From Thermodesulfovibrionales bacterium (GTDB taxonomy: Bacteria > Nitrospirota > Thermodesulfovibrionia > Thermodesulfovibrionales > SM23-35): DNA of 64,000 bases. The position numbers were made by a program, and so were the translations under genes. Positions 30,474-41,669 of this stretch are shown piece after piece (position 1 is the stretch's first letter; the number at the start of each line of letters is the position of its first letter). The stretch covers positions 256,001 to 320,000 of the forward strand of contig CAVQRT010000002.1 in the NCBI GenBank assembly GCA_963715195.1. The letters run 5' to 3'. The notes under the pieces were generated by a model. The model saw only the letters and a program-made list of their open reading frames with translations, did not search any database and was not told where the DNA came from.

Positions 30474-32102
30474 GTGGGGAAACCAATACACATATTGCTT
30501 GGAGGAATTTTCCTGCTCCTCGTCTTCAGTCTGCTTCTGAATCTTCCCTACATGCACCTGAGGGAGTTTCAGGGTGAAGAAGGTAGGCGTGTGATTATCG
30601 CACAACATATGCTTGAAACCGGGGAATGGATCGTCCCTTATGTCGAAGGAAGGGTATATTTGAATAAGCCGCCCCTCTTTAACTGGGCCCTCGCATTGAT
30701 ATTCCAATTTACGGGGGTGATATCGGAAGCATCAGCAAGGATGGTATCAGTAATCGCTGCTTTTTTGTGTGCCGTAAGTTTGAGTCTGTTCTGGAAAAAC
30801 ATAACCGGGATTCATTCGCTATGGTTTATTCTGCCGGGCCTGATCTTCCTGACCTTTACCGATGTCATGGATAAGGCAATAAGGGCGGAGATTGATATGA
30901 CGTTCACCTTTTTTGTAACCATTTCTTTGATATCCTGGTTTTATTACTTTGAGATGAAAAAGAACGAGTATGCTGCGTGGATTATCGCCCTCTCTCTCAT
31001 CAGTCTGAGCACTTTAACAAAAGGTATTCAGGCACCGGCCTTCTTTTATTGTGGTATCATTCCTTACCTGTTCTATAAAAGACGGATACAGAAAATGTTT
31101 TCTCCAGCCCATTTCGCCGGACTGGGGATTTTTCTCTTTATCTTTGCAATATGGTTCGTCCCGCTCACCGGCAAGGTGAATCTCACTGATGTATCCCGTG
31201 CATGGTTTCGTGAAATTCTCGCACGGCAAGAGCCTCTCAGGGACGGGGGTTTTCTGAGACATCTCATAGAATTTCCTTTTCAATATGTTCTTGCTTATCT
31301 TCCCTGGATGCCCCTGCTTCTGTTCTGGTACCGGAAGCCCCTTGAAAAAGAACCCGAAATCATGAAAGACCTCGCTCGCTATTGTCTGTTTTTTTTGCTT
31401 GTCTCTTTGCCGATTTACTGGATTCTGCCCGGTGCAAGGCTCAGATACGTTATGCCGCTTTCAGGAACCCTGGCAATTTTGCTGACGATGCCGGTTCATG
31501 CGATGATAAGTGGCAAAATAGAATGCGGAATATTGGGTAACAGATTTTTTCAGATACTTGGCCTTTTGGTAACTCTTTTTGTAATATCTTCTCCTTTTTG
31601 GGCAGAGCAGTTTGCGCTCTTCCAAAAACCGGTTTCCGTTGTCTTGCTCATGCTACTGTTATTCATGTCCTTTTCCCTTATACGGAAGAAGACAGCAATA
31701 CAAAAGCGAATTGTCTTCTTGTTGCTCGTCGCTCTTCTGCTCAAGGTGTGCTGGGCATCTTTTTATTTCCCTTACCATGCCGATCATCGGAGTCATTACA
31801 GGAACGCGGCGAAACGAATAAATCAGTTCGTGCCACCTGATGCACACCTCTATGATTTTCAGGTTAATAACGGACATCTTGCCTTCTACCTTGGGAGACC
31901 CGTCACCTTGATAGAATCCCTGGAGAACCCCGTTATGGAGGATGGTTCTTTCGTATTCATGGAAAAGAAGAAAGCACAGGGTCTCGTCCTGAAAGGACTC
32001 TCTCTTGCAGGCACGGTCAAAGCGCGAAGCGTAACGTTATTTCTGTACAAAATCGACCGCGGTATTTCCAAACATGCCTCAAGACAGACATGTTTGGCAT
32101 AG
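30474..32102 (+). CDS. GT39/ArnT-like polyprenyl-sugar transferase
   Basis: EEGRR..MLETGEWIVP..NKPPLFNW; paralog of 26900-28549. Confidence 0.85.
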   Translation: MGKPIHILLGGIFLLLVFSLLLNLPYMHLREFQGEEGRRVIIAQHMLETGEWIVPYVEGRVYLNKPPLFNWALALIFQFTGVISEASARMVSVIAAFLCAVSLSLFWKNITGIHSLWFILPGLIFLTFTDVMDKAIRAEIDMTFTFFVTISLISWFYYFEMKKNEYAAWIIALSLISLSTLTKGIQAPAFFYCGIIPYLFYKRRIQKMFSPAHFAGLGIFLFIFAIWFVPLTGKVNLTDVSRAWFREILARQEPLRDGGFLRHLIEFPFQYVLAYLPWMPLLLFWYRKPLEKEPEIMKDLARYCLFFLLVSLPIYWILPGARLRYVMPLSGTLAILLTMPVHAMISGKIECGILGNRFFQILGLLVTLFVISSPFWAEQFALFQKPVSVVLLMLLLFMSFSLIRKKTAIQKRIVFLLLVALLLKVCWASFYFPYHADHRSHYRNAAKRINQFVPPDAHLYDFQVNNGHLAFYLGRPVTLIESLENPVMEDGSFVFMEKKKAQGLVLKGLSLAGTVKARSVTLFLYKIDRGISKHASRQTCLA

Positions 32103-32218
32103 GTGCAACGAACCCCCGATCAAAATATCACGTTCAAACGCAGACCGAGGGAACCTGAAGAAATTCAGGGAAAAGCAAACGGAAATCCGTTATTATATGG
32201 GAGAACGCAGAGGGGGAC

Positions 32219-33178
32219 ATGATCGGAGATCTTAAAAGGATACTTGTTACAGGAGGAGCCGGATTTCTCGGTTCCCATTTGTGTGAGAAACTCCTCGAAA
32301 AAGGTCACGAGGTGCTCTGTGCCGATAACTTCTACACAGGCACTAAAAAAAATATTGCCCACCTCCTGACAAATCCCTATTTTGAAGTCATCCGTCATGA
32401 CATCTGTTTCCCTCTTTACCTTGAAGTCGATGAAATATACAATCTGGCCTGTCCTGCCTCACCTATCCATTATCAGTTTGATCCTGTTCAGACAACTAAG
32501 ACATCTGTTCATGGAAGTATCAACATGCTCGGACTGGCAAAACGCATTAAGGCAAAGATCCTTCTTGCGTCCACCAGTGAGGTTTACGGAGACCCGCAGG
32601 TGAGTCCCCAGCCCGAAAGCTACTGGGGGAATGTGAATCCAGTCGGGATCAGGGCCTGTTACGATGAGGGCAAACGGTGTGCCGAGACTCTTTTCTTCGA
32701 TTATCATCGCCAGCATCATTTAAGGATCAAGGTAGCAAGAATATTTAATACCTATGGCCCGAGGATGCATCCGAACGACGGCCGGGTTGTGAGCAATTTT
32801 ATCGTACAGGCTCTCAGGGGAAAAGACATCACCATCTATGGAGATGGGAACCAAACGAGGAGTTTCTGTTATGTGAACGACATGATAGAGGGACTGATTA
32901 AACTGATGAATAGTCCTGATGATTTTACCGGGCCGGTCAATCTCGGCAACCAGTCTGAATTTTCAATTCTCGAACTTGCAAAAATCATCATTCGACTGAC
33001 AGATTCTCTATCGAAGATTGTTTTTCAACCACTGCCACCCGACGACCCAAAGCAACGGCGGCCTGATATCACCCTGGCGAAAGAGCGGCTGGATTGGCAC
33101 CCTTACACTCCTCTGGAAAACGGACTTGTGAAGACCATAGCCTACTTCAGGGGAGTCATTGCGGGGGATGTGCAATGA
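32219..33178 (+). CDS. UDP-glucuronate decarboxylase (UDP-xylose synthase-like)
   Basis: [41 protein letters not shown]. Confidence 0.92.
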   Translation: MIGDLKRILVTGGAGFLGSHLCEKLLEKGHEVLCADNFYTGTKKNIAHLLTNPYFEVIRHDICFPLYLEVDEIYNLACPASPIHYQFDPVQTTKTSVHGSINMLGLAKRIKAKILLASTSEVYGDPQVSPQPESYWGNVNPVGIRACYDEGKRCAETLFFDYHRQHHLRIKVARIFNTYGPRMHPNDGRVVSNFIVQALRGKDITIYGDGNQTRSFCYVNDMIEGLIKLMNSPDDFTGPVNLGNQSEFSILELAKIIIRLTDSLSKIVFQPLPPDDPKQRRPDITLAKERLDWHPYTPLENGLVKTIAYFRGVIAGDVQ

Positions 33179-34170
33179 TCCTCGTTGTTGGCGGTGCGGG
33201 ATACATTGGTTCTCACGTTACCAAGCTTCTGAACAAGCGGGGGTTTAGAACCGTTGTGTTCGATAATCTGGTTCGCGGCCACAAGGAGTTAGTGAGATGG
33301 GGCGAATTTGTTTTTGGCGATCTGGCCGACCGCGATCAGATCAGGATTTGCTTTGAGAAATATCCGGTTGAGGTTGTAATGCATTTCAGCGCCTTCGCAT
33401 ATATAGGCGAATCGGTTATCCATCCCGCCAGGTATTACCTGAATAATGTCGCGTATACCCTGAATCTCCTGGAGGTGATGAAAGAATTTCACGTGAGGCA
33501 TTTTATTTTCTCCTCGACCTGTGCAGTCTATGGCATCCCTGGTGAAATGCCGATTGTCGAGGACCACCCTAAAAATCCTGTCAATCCTTATGGCAGAAGC
33601 AAACTGATGATAGAAGACATCCTCAAAGATTACGATCGGGCGTATGGGATCAAGCATGTCAATTTGCGGTATTTTAATGCAGCAGGCGCTGATCCTGAAT
33701 GTGAAATCGGTGAGTGGCATGAACCGGAAACGCATCTGATCCCGCTGGCGATATACGCTGCACTGGGGATCAATAATCATGTGCAGGTCTTCGGAACCGA
33801 TTATCCGACAAAGGATGGCACCTGTATACGGGATTATATCCATGTTCTGGACCTGGCAGATGCCCACATTCAGGCAATCGGGTATCTCAAGTCGAACGAT
33901 GAAAGTGATTGCTTTAACTTGGGCAACGGTACGGGCCATTCAGTAAAAGAGGTGCTTGACACGGTAAAAATCGTAAGCAAGAGAGATTTCAAGATTATTG
34001 AGTCGGATAGACGCCCGGGAGACCCGCCTGTTCTTGTCAGCAGCTATCAGAAGGCAGCAGATATGTTAGGATGGAAACCACACTATGCAGATATTGATTC
34101 GATTATAGAGACTGCATTCCGGTGGCATTCAAAAAAATCTGTAGACAACTCATCTGTTCTTGCCGGATAA
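33175..34170 (+). CDS. galE: UDP-glucose 4-epimerase
   Basis: [37 protein letters not shown]. Confidence 0.93.
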   Translation: MILVVGGAGYIGSHVTKLLNKRGFRTVVFDNLVRGHKELVRWGEFVFGDLADRDQIRICFEKYPVEVVMHFSAFAYIGESVIHPARYYLNNVAYTLNLLEVMKEFHVRHFIFSSTCAVYGIPGEMPIVEDHPKNPVNPYGRSKLMIEDILKDYDRAYGIKHVNLRYFNAAGADPECEIGEWHEPETHLIPLAIYAALGINNHVQVFGTDYPTKDGTCIRDYIHVLDLADAHIQAIGYLKSNDESDCFNLGNGTGHSVKEVLDTVKIVSKRDFKIIESDRRPGDPPVLVSSYQKAADMLGWKPHYADIDSIIETAFRWHSKKSVDNSSVLAG

Positions 34171-34908
34171 ATCCCAGATCTGCACATATTTCCAAAATAT
34201 TGCATATGTTGCCCCAACCGCTACAATGAAACCACGGAATCCGTCGAGGAATCCTTTTTTGACAAAATATGTCTCGATGAACTTCCAGAACGCCTTGAGC
34301 GGAATGATATATGGGGCAACCCTTTTGCCCGAAGAGAACAACTCTCTTGCCGATATACTTGAATACATGTTCTGCTTTGCTAAATATTGTGATAGGGATT
34401 TATAGGTATGGTGAATAATAGGGATCTTGAGCGTGGCAACGTTACTGGTTTTAATAATTACCTTGTCATGGGGGTTAATGCCTCCGAAATACCCCCGATC
34501 TTTTCTGAACAACCTCAGGACATGGTCAGGATACCATCCGCCGTGCTTGAGCCAAACTCCGAGGAAATAATTCTGCCGCGTAAAACGATACCCGTCATAC
34601 GCTGGATTTTGAACCTCTTGGAGAATAAAGAGCCGTACTTTCTCTGTTGCCCGTTCATCCGCATCGATGCTGAATATCCAGGTATGTGAAGCCTTTTCAA
34701 CGGCATATTGCTTCTGTTCCTTCATGCCGATCCATGGATTGAAGAAAACCATATCGGTAAATTCCCTGCAAATCTCAACCGTGCGATCAGTGCTTCCGGA
34801 ATCAACAACAATTATCTCATCTGCCCATTGCACACTCTCGAGACAAGCGCGGATATTCTCTTCTTCATTATGGGTAATGATCGTAACCGATATTTTGCTG
34901 CGCTCCAA
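34150..34908 (-). CDS. GT2 LPS glycosyltransferase (WaaE/KdtX-like)
   Basis: NEEENIRACLESV, DSGSTD, IDADER, GGWYPD..RLF. Confidence 0.85.
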   Translation of the reverse strand: MERSKISVTIITHNEEENIRACLESVQWADEIIVVDSGSTDRTVEICREFTDMVFFNPWIGMKEQKQYAVEKASHTWIFSIDADERATEKVRLFILQEVQNPAYDGYRFTRQNYFLGVWLKHGGWYPDHVLRLFRKDRGYFGGINPHDKVIIKTSNVATLKIPIIHHTYKSLSQYLAKQNMYSSISARELFSSGKRVAPYIIPLKAFWKFIETYFVKKGFLDGFRGFIVAVGATYAIFWKYVQIWDLSGKNR

Positions 34909-34946
34909 CAGTAACCTCCGATCACTGTGCTTTCATCAAAAACATC

Positions 34947-36656
34947 TTATGAAAATACCTGATAGAGTTCCCGGTATATAACATTCCGGGCAATGAGTTC
35001 TTCGTGAGTGCCTATATCCATGATCCTTCCTTTCTCGATTATGAGGATCCTGTCGGCATGCTCTATCGTCGAAAGCCTGTGTGCAATGACAATGGTTGTT
35101 CTGCCTTTCATCAGGGTATCAAGCGCCTTCTGAACGAGCGCTTCAGAGACGGAATCGAGGGATGACGTCGCCTCATCAAGAATCATGATGGGAGGATTCT
35201 TCAGGATAGCCCTTGCTATGGCTATCCTCTGGCGCTGACCGCCTGACAGCTTCAGCCCTCTGTCTCCTATGACCGTGTCATATTGTTCAGGCAATTGCCG
35301 GATAAATTCATCGGCATATGCCAGCTTTGCCGCCTGAACGATTTCCTCCCTGGAAGCATCCGGGTTGCCGAAGGCGATATTTTCTCTGACGGTATCATGA
35401 AACAGAATGATATCCTGACTCACGATACCTACCTGCTTCCTCAGGGATCGTATTTCGATCTCATTGATATTAATCCCGTCAATGGTCAAAATACCGCTCG
35501 AAGGCGTATGGAATTTCGGTATCAGATCGGCAAGCGTTGACTTGCCCACTCCGCTGCGTCCGACGATTGCAACAACTTCTCCGGAGCGGATTTCCAGATT
35601 GACATCTGAGAGCACCGGGATGCTGCTTCCGGGAAATGTAAAAGAGACATGCTCGAACCGTATCGATTCGCTAAACCGCTCAATCCTGAGTCGGCCTTTT
35701 TCTTCCTGTTCCGCATTCAGTAATGTGTCGATTCTTTCAAGATGTGCACGGGACTCCTGGAGACCACTGTATGCCTCCCCGATTTTCTTCACCGGTGAGA
35801 ACATCATGTAAATAGCTACGAGCACGGATGCGAAAACCCCGGCAGTGATGGTCCCTTGAATAACCAGGGTTCCTCCGTACCAGAGAACAACAGCGATTCC
35901 GAGACCAGTTATTGCATCTATGACAAGTTTGGTGAACTCTTTGAGGCGGATCACCCGCATGAATTCGCGATAATATCTCTGGTTGTCCTCCTGAAACTTT
36001 TTTTCCATAGCCTTTTCACTGCTGAATATCTTGATTATTCGCGCTCCGAAAACTGTTTCTCCGATTCTCTGTGTAAGAAATGACAGGTTCTTCTGGGTTT
36101 CCTTGCGCTTCTTCTTGATTCCCTTCCCGAATTTTCTTGTGCTGTAAGCGATAAAGGGAAGCAGCATGAGGCTCATAAGCGTCAGGTCCCACCTCCTGTA
36201 AAGCGCTACACCGAGCAGAAAACATATTGTGGGAACTTCGACAACAAATGCCCGGAGGTAATCAGAAACCATTGCATTGAGTATATCCACATCATTCAAT
36301 ACTTTCGATATGATGACGCCTGAGGATTCCTTATTGAAATATCCGACCGGCATACGGAGGATATGATGATAGAGCCTGTTCCGGGTTTCCCGGACTAATT
36401 TCAGGCCCGAAGATCTTAACAGGTATGCCTGAAAGAAACTGAGCAGTCCCTTTGCAGAAAAAAGAAGGAAAATGATAACCGGAAGCCACGCAAGATACTC
36501 ATATTTTTTTCCGACAAGAACTTCATCGAGCGCTGGCTTTACCGCCCATGCTATAGCACCTGTGATGCCGGATACCATAACGCCCAGGATAATGCCGGCG
36601 AATATTCTGGGCCAGTAGGGTTTTGTAAGCTGAATAATTTTATGAACTGTCCTCAT
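34947..36656 (-). CDS. msbA: lipid A-core flippase ABC transporter
   Basis: TMD plus GRSGVGKS, LSGGQRQR, LDEATSSLD; LPS context. Confidence 0.85.
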   Translation of the reverse strand: MRTVHKIIQLTKPYWPRIFAGIILGVMVSGITGAIAWAVKPALDEVLVGKKYEYLAWLPVIIFLLFSAKGLLSFFQAYLLRSSGLKLVRETRNRLYHHILRMPVGYFNKESSGVIISKVLNDVDILNAMVSDYLRAFVVEVPTICFLLGVALYRRWDLTLMSLMLLPFIAYSTRKFGKGIKKKRKETQKNLSFLTQRIGETVFGARIIKIFSSEKAMEKKFQEDNQRYYREFMRVIRLKEFTKLVIDAITGLGIAVVLWYGGTLVIQGTITAGVFASVLVAIYMMFSPVKKIGEAYSGLQESRAHLERIDTLLNAEQEEKGRLRIERFSESIRFEHVSFTFPGSSIPVLSDVNLEIRSGEVVAIVGRSGVGKSTLADLIPKFHTPSSGILTIDGININEIEIRSLRKQVGIVSQDIILFHDTVRENIAFGNPDASREEIVQAAKLAYADEFIRQLPEQYDTVIGDRGLKLSGGQRQRIAIARAILKNPPIMILDEATSSLDSVSEALVQKALDTLMKGRTTIVIAHRLSTIEHADRILIIEKGRIMDIGTHEELIARNVIYRELYQVFS

Positions 36657-36718
36657 GATCGCTCATAGTATATACAATTGAATTGCATGAACAAAATGGA
36701 AGGGTTCATTAATATCTT

Positions 36719-37537
36719 TTAGTAGAGGCCCTTAACAAGGGTTGCTGTGATGGAACCGATCGCCACCTTCGTCTGCATCTTTACCGGGATATGTTTCTCA
36801 TCATCGGTAAGCCATACGAATATTTCACCCTTACGGTAGAATATCCCCTCCGACTTCATCAAAGGTTTAACGAGTACGGTATTAACCGCACCCGCTGGAA
36901 GGGTTATTTTTTCTTTCCTCAACACCTGCACCTCGACATTCCAGACTTTTTTACTGTCAAAGATCGTGATATAGACCGGTTGCCCAACGGAGAGTTCCAG
37001 TGACCTGAGATAGTAAAAACCTGACAATGGGTCAAAGACCGGTAGGGTAATTTCAATGTGCTTTCTTTCATTCTTGAGGTGATCAATATATATCGCCATA
37101 TTCTTGTCATGATCAAAGAGAATCTCTTTATCCCTCCTGTGTCTCCCCTCCCTGATTTTGAGTTTGTATTGAGATGGCTGCAAATCCATTTCCGGGGACT
37201 TTCTTACCAGCGTGCTTTCTGCCCGATCTTCGACAGTATAAAAAACTGAAACCCATGATGCCGATTGTGCAGTTGAAAGAATTTTCACCTGATCTCCATC
37301 ATTTTTCAACTCAAGGGAGGCTTTACCAGCCTTTATGCCGGTCCATCTCAGGTCATAGATAAATTTTTCAGGCACCGCAGCAGAAGCGGCATACGTGCTC
37401 AGGGGAAAACAGATCTGCAATATAGCGACAAAAGCAATCCCAATAAAAAACGCCCTCCATATCCTGTCATCTGATACCCTTATTGCTTGACCTGCCGATG
37501 AGCTCCCTTGTTTACCTGTGTAAAAGTTCATAAGCAC
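36719..37537 (-). CDS. DUF3108 family protein
   Basis: EKFIYDLRWTGIKAG..FDPLSGFYYLR..VWLTDDEKHIPVK. Confidence 0.75.
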   Translation of the reverse strand: MLMNFYTGKQGSSSAGQAIRVSDDRIWRAFFIGIAFVAILQICFPLSTYAASAAVPEKFIYDLRWTGIKAGKASLELKNDGDQVKILSTAQSASWVSVFYTVEDRAESTLVRKSPEMDLQPSQYKLKIREGRHRRDKEILFDHDKNMAIYIDHLKNERKHIEITLPVFDPLSGFYYLRSLELSVGQPVYITIFDSKKVWNVEVQVLRKEKITLPAGAVNTVLVKPLMKSEGIFYRKGEIFVWLTDDEKHIPVKMQTKVAIGSITATLVKGLY

Positions 37538-37564
37538 TCGTTTTTATTTATGGTATATTAATCA

Positions 37565-38293
37565 ATGCTCGTTATTCCAGCAATAGATTTAAAGGAAGGC
37601 AGTTGTGTGCGGCTCGTTCAGGGGAAAAGAGAGGCCGTTACTGTTTATTCACATGACCCTGCAATGACCGCGAAACGGTGGGAATCCTGCGGAGCAAAAC
37701 TCCTTCACATTGTTGATCTTGACGGCGCCTTTTCAGGGAACCAGAAAAATATGGGTGCCATCCTGAAGATCAGGAAATCGGTCAAAATGGCGCTTCAGCT
37801 TGGCGGGGGGATACGGAATATCGGGAATCTGATAAATCTTTTCTCAGCGGGTATTGACCGGCTCATTGTGGGGACAGCGGCCATAGAAGATCCCGAATTT
37901 CTCGTGCAGGCATGCAAACAATATCCGGGCCGGGTTCTGGCCGGCATCGACGCCAACGATGGGATGGTTGCAATTAAGGGGTGGGAAGAAGTCACCTCAA
38001 TTCATGCATACGATTTGGCAAAGCGCCTGGAGATGGTCGGCATAGCAGGTATTATTTATACCGATATCAAACGGGACGGGATGCTCTCCGGCCCTAACAT
38101 AGAAGCAGTCCGTGAAATGGTGAACCACGTCATGATTCCTGTTATTGCTTCCGGTGGCATTGCGAGCATGGAAGATGTCAGGAACCTGGCACAGATCAAA
38201 AAACTCTGGGGGATGATAACGGGAAAAGCAATCTACTCAGGTGCTCTCAATCTCAAGGAAGCCATTCAATTTGTGAACATTCAAGCATGTTAG
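37565..38293 (+). CDS. hisA: ProFAR isomerase
   Basis: [35 protein letters not shown]. Confidence 0.96.
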   Translation: MLVIPAIDLKEGSCVRLVQGKREAVTVYSHDPAMTAKRWESCGAKLLHIVDLDGAFSGNQKNMGAILKIRKSVKMALQLGGGIRNIGNLINLFSAGIDRLIVGTAAIEDPEFLVQACKQYPGRVLAGIDANDGMVAIKGWEEVTSIHAYDLAKRLEMVGIAGIIYTDIKRDGMLSGPNIEAVREMVNHVMIPVIASGGIASMEDVRNLAQIKKLWGMITGKAIYSGALNLKEAIQFVNIQAC

Positions 38294-39201
38294 CAAAACG
38301 AATCGTACCTTGTCTGGATGTTAAAGACGGACGGGTAGTAAAGGGTGTCAGTTTTTTAAACCTGCGCGATGCCGGGGACCCCGTCGAGAATGCGAAATTT
38401 TACGATGAACAGGGGGCGGATGAGCTTGTTTTCCTCGATATAACTGCCTCCCATGAAAAGAGAAAAATCATACTTGACGTGGTTATGAAAACCGCGGAGG
38501 ATGTTTTCATGCCGCTTACGGTAGGCGGAGGCATTAAGAACCTCCATGATATCAGGGACCTTCTGAATGCCGGATGCGACAAAGTATCCATCAACACAAC
38601 TGCGGTGAAAGACCCTTATTTCATCAGCAAGGCAGCGGAGCGCTTCGGCAGTCAGTGCATCGTCATCGCCATCGATGCAAAGAAAGTAAACACAGATATG
38701 TCGAAGGCAACCGGAGAACCGTGGTTTAATGAGCCATATTTAAAAAATGTTTGTCTTCAACCTGGGGATATAGCCCTCCCTATCCACCTTTCACCAAAAA
38801 GGAATGACTCAAAAAAATTCCCCCCTTTTTTAAAGGAGGGCAAGGTGGGATTAAGATGGGCAATATCGACTCACGGGGGAAGACAGATGAAACGCATCGA
38901 TGCCGTTCAATGGGCAAAGAAAATGGAGGAACTTGGGGCAGGCGAGATCATGCTCACCAGTATGGATATGGACGGCTCAAAAGATGGCTATGATATTGAA
39001 CTGACCCGTGCAATATCAGAAGCTGTAAGCATCCCGGTAATCGCTTCAGGTGGTGCCGGAACCCTCGCTCATCTGTACGAGGCTTTCGCTCATGGCAAGG
39101 CGGATGCTGCCCTGGCAGCATCAATATTCCATTACAGGGAATACACCATAAGAGAAGCAAAGGAATATCTGAAGGCCAGAGGAATACCCGTCAGGCTATA
39201 G
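38287..39201 (+). CDS. hisF: imidazole glycerol phosphate synthase cyclase, with an internal insertion
   Basis: [36 protein letters not shown]; 304 aa versus roughly 250 aa typical. Confidence 0.95.
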   Translation: MLAKRIVPCLDVKDGRVVKGVSFLNLRDAGDPVENAKFYDEQGADELVFLDITASHEKRKIILDVVMKTAEDVFMPLTVGGGIKNLHDIRDLLNAGCDKVSINTTAVKDPYFISKAAERFGSQCIVIAIDAKKVNTDMSKATGEPWFNEPYLKNVCLQPGDIALPIHLSPKRNDSKKFPPFLKEGKVGLRWAISTHGGRQMKRIDAVQWAKKMEELGAGEIMLTSMDMDGSKDGYDIELTRAISEAVSIPVIASGGAGTLAHLYEAFAHGKADAALAASIFHYREYTIREAKEYLKARGIPVRL

Positions 39202-40237
39202 CCTGAACGCTTGTTTTATTCTTTTCTATCCTTATCGCATCAATCATCTCATCACTTGCAGGGAACGCGTTGATGATAAATGTTTTGCGGTTTCGGACAC
39301 CTTTGACCAAAACTTTATCGAGATGCTGCACATCTGAATATCGTGCGCAGATGCCGGCAGCAAGCCTCAGAGACTCATCGGTAATCTCACCCGTGACAAG
39401 TGTCGTCGGGCTTCCATAACACTCTACCCGCAGCAGACAGTCATTTTCCTGAGCCAGGGACTCAATGATTTCGTTTTCAGATTTGTTCCTGCCGACAATA
39501 ATCTTACACCGGGGTAAAAATCTGAATTGCCTCCCAGTTTTCAAGAGATCAATATCCCTCATTCCAGGATTAGGGTCATGAACTAATAAGTCTTTGAGCC
39601 TCAGAGCGAAATTCGGTTCAGTCAGGAGACAGCCCCCCGCAGGGGCAGGATACTCGTTCAGGCCGAATTCCCGGGCAAGAGCCATCTGCGCTTTTCTCGA
39701 CCTGCCGCTGAAGGCATAGAGCACCTCCCTGTCAACGATTCCGTTTTGTTCAGGAATTGTCATTCTGAGCAGCTTCGCACTGAGAGGCCTGAGAACAATA
39801 TCTGTAACGCCGGCCTCTTTGTCAATATGATAGAGCATATCTCTTCTCTGACTCATCGGTCTCTGCCCGAGCACCTCACCGGTCACCAGAAAATCTGCAT
39901 CAATCATATCCATGAACTGTTTAGCCTCTTTCAGCATGAGGATTCTGCAGTCGATGCAGGGGTTCATATTTTTTCCGTGGCCATGCTTCGGGGTTTTTAC
40001 AATATCGAGCATTTTATGCCTGATAGAGCGAACTGTAATATCAAAGCCCCATTTTTGTCCCAATGTTTCATACTGTGCGGCAATGGACAGACGATCAGCA
40101 TTGTCTGTGTCAAATGGGGTCGAGAACCGTATTGCACTCACTCGTATCCCCTGCCTGAGCATGGTAAGTACCGCCAGCAGACTGTCAAGACCGCCTGATA
40201 GAAGCACTACAGCTTTATGTGACGCAGATTTTGTCAT
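39191..40237 (-). CDS. PP-loop tRNA thiolation-like protein (ThiI/MnmA-like with DUF814-like C-terminus)
   Basis: [44 protein letters not shown]. Confidence 0.7.
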   Translation of the reverse strand: MTKSASHKAVVLLSGGLDSLLAVLTMLRQGIRVSAIRFSTPFDTDNADRLSIAAQYETLGQKWGFDITVRSIRHKMLDIVKTPKHGHGKNMNPCIDCRILMLKEAKQFMDMIDADFLVTGEVLGQRPMSQRRDMLYHIDKEAGVTDIVLRPLSAKLLRMTIPEQNGIVDREVLYAFSGRSRKAQMALAREFGLNEYPAPAGGCLLTEPNFALRLKDLLVHDPNPGMRDIDLLKTGRQFRFLPRCKIIVGRNKSENEIIESLAQENDCLLRVECYGSPTTLVTGEITDESLRLAAGICARYSDVQHLDKVLVKGVRNRKTFIINAFPASDEMIDAIRIEKNKTSVQAIA

Positions 40238-40305
40238 AGGAGATTTGTAATGAAAACTTTTTTTCTTCCGAAAAAAAGTTCAAAAAAACGTTTTTATGAA
40301 TAAAA

Positions 40306-40401
40306 TGTCATTCCGGCTTGGCCGGAATCTTTCTTCTTTGTCTGGCCATATATCCTATTATTCAGAAGGATTCCCGACGCACTTCGCTTGCGGGAATGAC
40401 A
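40306..40401. repeat. REP-like palindrome, family C
   Basis: TGTCATTCCGGCTTGGCCGGAATC...GATTCCCGACGCACTTCGCTTGCGGGAATGACA. Confidence 0.8.
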
Positions 40402-40429
40402 ATCATTTCAACAGAAACAGCATCCATAG

Positions 40430-41428
40430 TCAGGGTTTGTGGGATGCCGTAATTCTTACTGCACGATTTTTACTCAATGACTTACGCAGTTGCTCAGGTA
40501 TCACTATAGCCGTTCCGACTTCACCAACGACGATCCCCGCAGCGTGATTCGCAATAACAGCAGCCTCCTCCATTTTTGCACCTGCTGCGCGGGCAAGAGT
40601 GAATGCAGCGATAACCGTGTCACCCGCTCCGGTGACATCATAGACATTTTTTGCTGCTGTGGGGATATGCACAACCGTGTCTTTACGGAACAAACTCATG
40701 CCCTGCTCTCCCCGCGTAATGAGTACCGCATCGCACGACAACTTCCTTAAAAGCAACCGCCCTGCTTCCAGGAGAGATTTCTCATCTTTTATGTCAATTC
40801 CTGATGCTATGGATGCCTCATGGACATTTGGGGTAATAAGGGAAACGTGCCGATAGCAATGGAAGTGGCCAACCTTCGGATCAACGGAAAGAAATATCTT
40901 CTTCGGTCTTGTCTTTTTCAGAATTGCTTTCACCAGTTCGCAGGATATAACTCCTTTTTTATAGTCGGATAAGACGATGGCGTCGTGCCCGGACAGCACA
41001 TCTTCCACATATTCGAGAATTCTCCCGAGCATTCTCCCGTCCACCCTGGTCTTGTCCTCGCGGTCAAACCGCACTACTTGTTGATTATGGGCGATAACCC
41101 GCGTCTTTACGGTTGTTGCCCTTGATCCCCAGAAAATACCATCGCAATGAATACCCTTCTCCTCCATCATCGTTTTCATGATGTCGCCACCTCTGTCTTT
41201 TCCGGTAATACCGACAATTGTGGCGTGTCCTCCAAGCGAGACAATATTGTGTGCGACATTTGCAGCGCCTCCGAGGAGAAAGTTTTCATGCGAGACCTCA
41301 ACAACAGGCACAGGGGCTTCTGGCGATATTCTATTCACCTTGCCCCATATATACCGGTCGAGAATCAGGTCTCCGATAACAAGAACCTTCCTTTTCTTGA
41401 ATACCTGAAGGATCTTACTGTATGTCAT
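40430..41428 (-). CDS. rfaE1: D-glycero-manno-heptose-7-phosphate kinase (HldE kinase domain)
   Basis: RISPEAPVPVV, LSDYKKG, VYDVTGAGDTV. Confidence 0.92.
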   Translation of the reverse strand: MTYSKILQVFKKRKVLVIGDLILDRYIWGKVNRISPEAPVPVVEVSHENFLLGGAANVAHNIVSLGGHATIVGITGKDRGGDIMKTMMEEKGIHCDGIFWGSRATTVKTRVIAHNQQVVRFDREDKTRVDGRMLGRILEYVEDVLSGHDAIVLSDYKKGVISCELVKAILKKTRPKKIFLSVDPKVGHFHCYRHVSLITPNVHEASIASGIDIKDEKSLLEAGRLLLRKLSCDAVLITRGEQGMSLFRKDTVVHIPTAAKNVYDVTGAGDTVIAAFTLARAAGAKMEEAAVIANHAAGIVVGEVGTAIVIPEQLRKSLSKNRAVRITASHKP

Positions 41429-41467
41429 GACTCAGTTGTCAATTAGAATCTCTATAGAATTATATTG

Positions 41468-41544
41468 TGTCGTTGTCCGGATTGACCGGACAATCCAGAA
41501 AATATTCAAAACACTGGATTCTCCGATCAAGTCGGGGAATGATA
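41468..41544. repeat. REP-like palindrome (family C variant)
   Basis: TGTCGTTGTCCGGATTGACCGGACAATCCAG...CTGGATTCTCCGATCAAGTCGGGGAATGATA. Confidence 0.7.
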
Positions 41545-41615
41545 GCTTTTAAAAGATTTAGTCAATAAACGAACACCAAATAAAGTTTATCAAAAAGAAG
41601 CTCTCGATAACAATA

Positions 41616-41642
41616 AAAAGGGCGGTTCTATCGAACCGCCCT
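41616..41642 (-). terminator. rho-independent terminator after the porin gene
   Basis: AGGGCGGTTC-GATA-GAACCGCCCT followed by TTTT. Confidence 0.85.
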
Positions 41643-41669
41643 CAAGGTTATTTTTTTCAGATATTTTTC

